Source: an uncultured Gemmatimonadales bacterium | GTDB taxonomy: Bacteria > Gemmatimonadota > Gemmatimonadetes > Gemmatimonadales > GWC2-71-9 | Length of the DNA: 64,000 nt | Assembly (NCBI GenBank): GCA_963743195.1 | Contig: CAVUOO010000003.1 | Span: forward strand, 747,771-811,770 | Reading direction: 5' to 3' | Part shown: positions 61,079 through 64,000 of the stretch, one piece after another | Numbering within the stretch: the stretch's first letter is position 1 | How the letters are laid out: each line of letters begins with the position of its first letter | The notes under the pieces: model-generated | Database searches by the model: none | What the model saw: the letters and a program-made list of their open reading frames with translations, nothing else | Told to the model about the DNA's origin: nothing | Position numbers and translations under genes: made by a program

Positions 61079-61630
61079 ATGCCGATCCGGATCTATACCA
61101 AGACCGGCGATCAGGGCGAGACCGGGCTCTTCGGAGGCGGACGGGTCCCCAAGGACCACCCGCGCACAACCGCGTATGGCGAGATCGACGAGCTCAATTC
61201 GACTCTTGGCGTGGCACGGGCGACCCCTCCGGTCGATTTCCACGACGCGTTGCTCGAATCGATCCAACGCGACCTTTTTTCGATCGGCGGGCATCTTGCC
61301 ACCCCCGATCCGGTCAAGGTCGCCAAGGCGCTTGAGAAGGCCGACCTTTCCGAGGAACGGGTCGCCTTGTTCGAGCGGGTCATGGACGACGCGGATAGCG
61401 AGCTGCCGCCCCTCCGATCGTTCGTGCTCCCGGCAGGCACCGAGAAGGCAGCGGCGCTGCATCTGGCGCGCACCGTGTGCCGTCGCGCGGAACGGAGCGT
61501 CGTGAGCCTGTCCCGCGAGAGCGGCGTCCCCCCGCTCTTCCTCGTGTATCTCAACCGGCTTTCCGATCTCCTGTTCACCCTGGCTCGCCTCGCGAACCAC
61601 CGGTCAGGCACCGGGGACGTCACCTGGTGA
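61079..61630 (+). CDS. PduO-type ATP:cob(I)alamin adenosyltransferase
   Basis: MPIRIYTKTGDQGETGLFGGGRV, LHLARTVCRRAER, NRLSDLLF. Confidence 0.85.
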   Translation: MPIRIYTKTGDQGETGLFGGGRVPKDHPRTTAYGEIDELNSTLGVARATPPVDFHDALLESIQRDLFSIGGHLATPDPVKVAKALEKADLSEERVALFERVMDDADSELPPLRSFVLPAGTEKAAALHLARTVCRRAERSVVSLSRESGVPPLFLVYLNRLSDLLFTLARLANHRSGTGDVTW

Positions 61631-62718
61631 GCAGATCACCGCTGATCGTCACCCATGCGCTCGGCCAATACCCCGTCTACGTGGAACCGGGCGTGCTGGG
61701 TCGCCTCGAGTCGTTGAGCGAGACGCATCTCGGGACAGGGCACGTCACGATGATCGCCGATGCGTCGGTGTATGAGCTCCTGCAGACGGGTCGCCTCTCA
61801 CGCGCCCAGTGGAATGGGGATGCGATCACCTTCCCGGCCGGCGAAGAGTCGAAGAATCGCAAGGAGTGGGCACGCATCACCGATCTCCTCCTCGACCGTG
61901 GCGTTGGGCGCGACGGCGGGATCATTGCCCTCGGCGGCGGTGTCGCGGGCGATCTCGCCGGCTTCGTGGCAGCCACCTACCTGCGCGGGATCCCCTTCCT
62001 CCAGGCACCGACGTCGCTGCTCGCCATGGTGGACGCGTCGGTCGGAGGAAAGACCGGGGTGGACACGAGACACGGGAAGAATCTGGTCGGCGCGTTTCAT
62101 TCACCCGTGGCGGTGGTCGCCGATCCTCGCGTGCTCCGAACACTGCCCGATCGGGACTATCGGGGCGGCCTGGCCGAGGCGGTGAAGCATGGACTGATCG
62201 CAGACCGAGAGTACTTCGAGTGGATCGAGCGTGAGGTCGACGCCGTGCTGCGACGAGACGAGACGACCCTGACGCGATTGGTTCATCGCAGCGTCGAGAT
62301 CAAGGCCGCCGTCGTGAGCGCTGACGAGCGAGAGTCCGGACGGAGGGCGATCCTCAATGCGGGGCACACGGTCGCTCATGCACTGGAGCAGGCGACCGCC
62401 TATCAACTCCCCCATGGCGAGGCCGTCGCGCTGGGGCTGGTCGCCGAGTGTGCCTTGGGGGAGGAGCTGGGCACGGCGGAGCGCGGGACACGGCAGCGGG
62501 TCGCGTCGCTTCTCGCACGAATGGCGCTCCCGGTGCGACTGTCCCACGACGTGTCGATCGAGCGGGTTTTGGAGGCGATGAGACGCGACAAGAAGAACCG
62601 TATGACGCTGATCCGGTTCGCGTTACCGACCAGTATCGGCTGCATGGATGATTTCGGCGGTTGGACGAGACCGGCGGAGGAATCGGCGATCGCGTCGGCT
62701 TTGCAGAGCATATCGTAA
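61627..62718 (+). CDS. aroB: 3-dehydroquinate synthase
   Basis: GTGA overlap start. ALGGGVAGDLAGFVAATYLRGIPFLQAPTSLLAMVDASVGGKTG, LNAGHTVAHALE. Confidence 0.9.
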   Translation: MSRSPLIVTHALGQYPVYVEPGVLGRLESLSETHLGTGHVTMIADASVYELLQTGRLSRAQWNGDAITFPAGEESKNRKEWARITDLLLDRGVGRDGGIIALGGGVAGDLAGFVAATYLRGIPFLQAPTSLLAMVDASVGGKTGVDTRHGKNLVGAFHSPVAVVADPRVLRTLPDRDYRGGLAEAVKHGLIADREYFEWIEREVDAVLRRDETTLTRLVHRSVEIKAAVVSADERESGRRAILNAGHTVAHALEQATAYQLPHGEAVALGLVAECALGEELGTAERGTRQRVASLLARMALPVRLSHDVSIERVLEAMRRDKKNRMTLIRFALPTSIGCMDDFGGWTRPAEESAIASALQSIS

Positions 62719-62844
62719 CATCAAGCCCATTCGTCTGTTATACAATTAATCAACAGCCATCAACACTCCAATTTGTGTGCGCGGTGGAGAAAGAAGCGAA
62801 GCATTTGCTTGGAAATGATTTGTGATGTGGAAAGATTTTTTTCC

Positions 62845-62873
62845 TTGACCGCACCCCCGTGAAATCCTATATT
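62845..62873 (+). promoter_or_regulatory. sigma70-type promoter TTGACC-17 nt-TATATT with an A/T-rich upstream tract
   Basis: -35 at 62845-62850 and -10 at 62868-62873, with a spacer of exactly 17 nt. AAAGATTTTTTT lies immediately upstream. It sits 82 nt before the sigma factor ATG, in an unusually AT-rich spacer. Confidence 0.55.
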
Positions 62874-62954
62874 CGCACCCTCCTCTCACCATCTGTTCTG
62901 GTCGCCGTCCCAACAAATAGTGCAGTCCTTGTTCAACCATCTTTGGGGTTGACT

Positions 62955-63854
62955 ATGGCCCATGTCCGTGTTCGCACCGGGAAAGCTCGCGCCTTGCTGC
63001 GTTCTGCCCCGTCCGGCTCCTTCGACCAGTACCTCCTCGACATCCAGAAGCTCCCCATGATCTCCGACCCGGAGGAGGAGAAGCGTCTGGCGCGTCGCGC
63101 GCTGGCAGGAGACGAGGTGGCCGCGGAGCGACTGGTGACGGCGAACCTCCGGTTCGTGATCTCCTACGTGAAGAAGTACCAGGGACACGGGCTGGATCTC
63201 TCGGAGTTGGTCGCGATCGGCAACGAGGGCCTTCTCAAAGCGGTCAAGAAGTTCGATCCGGATCACGGAGTGAAGTTCATCTCCTACGCCGTCTGGTGGG
63301 TGCGCCAGGCGGTGTTGAAGGCGCTCGCCGAACAGACCCGCAGCGTCCGGATCCCCCTCAACCAGAATTCCGCTCTCGTGCGAATGTCGCGGGCCCAGAG
63401 CTTCCTCGCGCAGGAGCTCGGACGGGAGCCCACCGACGCCGAAATCGCCACCGCATTGAACGACACCATCGAGAACATCCGCTCCGCCCGCCGCATGACC
63501 TCGACCGAGGTCTCCCTGGACGCGCCCGTCGAGCGACAGGATCGCGGCGCCAGCACGTTCGGTGAGCGCGTCGCCGGCACCGGTGGCGGCGAGATCGAAG
63601 ACATGACCGACACCCGCCTGCAGCGGGAGTTCATCGATCGGATCTTCCAGCGCCATCTCACCCCGCGCGAGCGCAAGATCCTGTCGCTGTACTACGGGCT
63701 CGAGGAAGGGTCCGAGGCCTTGACCCTCGAAAAGATCGGCGCGCTCCTCGGTGTCACCCGTGAGCGCATCCGTCAGATTCGCGAGCGCGCGTTCGAGAAG
63801 CTTCGCGACAGTCCGGATGTCCGCGCCCTCCGGGGATTCTGGGGAGCAGCGTAA
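62955..63854 (+). CDS. sigma-70 family RNA polymerase sigma factor (RpoD/RpoS-like, regions 1.2-4.2, no long region 1.1)
   Basis: 299 aa. Region 2 LRFVISYVKKYQGHGLDLSELVAIGNEGLLKAVKKFDP..FISYAVWWVRQA. Region 3 IPLNQNS. Region 4.2 TLEKIGALLGVTRERIRQIRERA. Confidence 0.88.
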   Translation: MAHVRVRTGKARALLRSAPSGSFDQYLLDIQKLPMISDPEEEKRLARRALAGDEVAAERLVTANLRFVISYVKKYQGHGLDLSELVAIGNEGLLKAVKKFDPDHGVKFISYAVWWVRQAVLKALAEQTRSVRIPLNQNSALVRMSRAQSFLAQELGREPTDAEIATALNDTIENIRSARRMTSTEVSLDAPVERQDRGASTFGERVAGTGGGEIEDMTDTRLQREFIDRIFQRHLTPRERKILSLYYGLEEGSEALTLEKIGALLGVTRERIRQIRERAFEKLRDSPDVRALRGFWGAA

Positions 63855-63913
63855 GCGGCGACTGGAGGCCACCGGCATCTGCTATCGGCTGTCAGTACCA
63901 GTTCGCTAAACGG

Positions 63914-63938
63914 CCCTTCTCGCTCGCCGCGAGGAGGG
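63914..63938 (+). terminator. hairpin downstream of the sigma factor gene (possible intrinsic terminator)
   Basis: CCCUUCUCGC-ucgcc-GCGAGGAGGG: 10 bp with one G-U and a 5-nt loop, followed by a moderately U-rich stretch. Confidence 0.35.
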
Positions 63939-63960
63939 TCGACTGCTGTATCTTACGATC

Positions 63961-64000
63961 ATGCTTCCCCAGCTGCCGATCTTCCCTCTCTCCGTCGTTC
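63961..64000 (+). CDS. 5' end of a gene, possibly a LON substrate-binding (N-terminal) domain protein; truncated by the window edge
   Basis: ATG 63961 then MLPQLPIFPLSVV, which resembles the LP(L/I)FPL..V(V/L) start of Lon N-terminal domains. Only 13 codons are visible. Confidence 0.25.
   Translation, partial: MLPQLPIFPLSVV

Overview
GC-rich bacterial chromosomal segment with no plasmid or phage hallmarks. It holds about 65 protein-coding genes, many joined by 1-4 nt start/stop overlaps. I saw no rRNA, tRNA, CRISPR array, transposase or integrase. Gene content points to a diderm that uses sigma54 (TamA/TamB, Lgt, a GT9 heptosyltransferase, NtrC-type activators). The protein style reminds me of Gemmatimonadota-like lineages, but that is only an impression.

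Layout, left to right:
- 0-12.5 kb: regulator 3' end, an OM beta-barrel plus DUF4390-like pair, HNH endonuclease, argR, amidohydrolase, PBP1A, tyrS, DUF853 ATPase plus class V aminotransferase, and a patatin-ferredoxin fusion.
- 12.5-27.7 kb: a ~15 kb glycan/envelope locus. It contains a SAM methyltransferase, 8 glycosyltransferase-type genes (two CgeB/DUF3880-like), an MsbA-like exporter, a PorX-like REC-PglZ regulator, a GT9 heptosyltransferase, a small helical protein and a P450.
- 28.3-43.1 kb: a 20-gene co-directional housekeeping array (yebC-like, ruvC, ruvA, Zn-ribbon ORF, ruvB, queA, tgt, yajC, def, fmt, thiE, thiS, thiG, rsmB, PASTA protein, rpe, TlpA-like, YbbR-like, tsaD, lgt).
- 43.1-64 kb: an orphan low-GC spacer, rraA, a cytochrome c-FTR1 permease, a 6-gene minus-strand operon (NtrC-like activator, 4xCxxC miniprotein, NlpC/P60, HAD, membrane protein, acpS), lipid kinase-TamB-TamA, dacB, sixA, FNR, a PduO-type adenosyltransferase, aroB and a sigma70-family sigma factor.

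Two things stand out:
1. The convergent lgt/rraA spacer carries a near-consensus sigma54 -24/-12 promoter. It is followed directly by a strongly structured ~115 nt segment ending in a GC-rich hairpin. This is a candidate sigma54-dependent small RNA.
2. By manual frame tracking, at least 13 genes are interrupted by about 33 single-nucleotide frame changes, about 28 of them insertion-like. They cluster at 29.1-31.0, 43.9-44.6 and 47.1-49.9 kb, while multi-kb neighbours (tamB, tamA, the msbA-like gene) are intact. Because tyrS, PBP1A and ruvCAB are hit, consensus or assembly error is the leading explanation. Affected genes are reported as disrupted-as-assembled.

All product calls rest on motif recognition by eye. 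No database search was possible.
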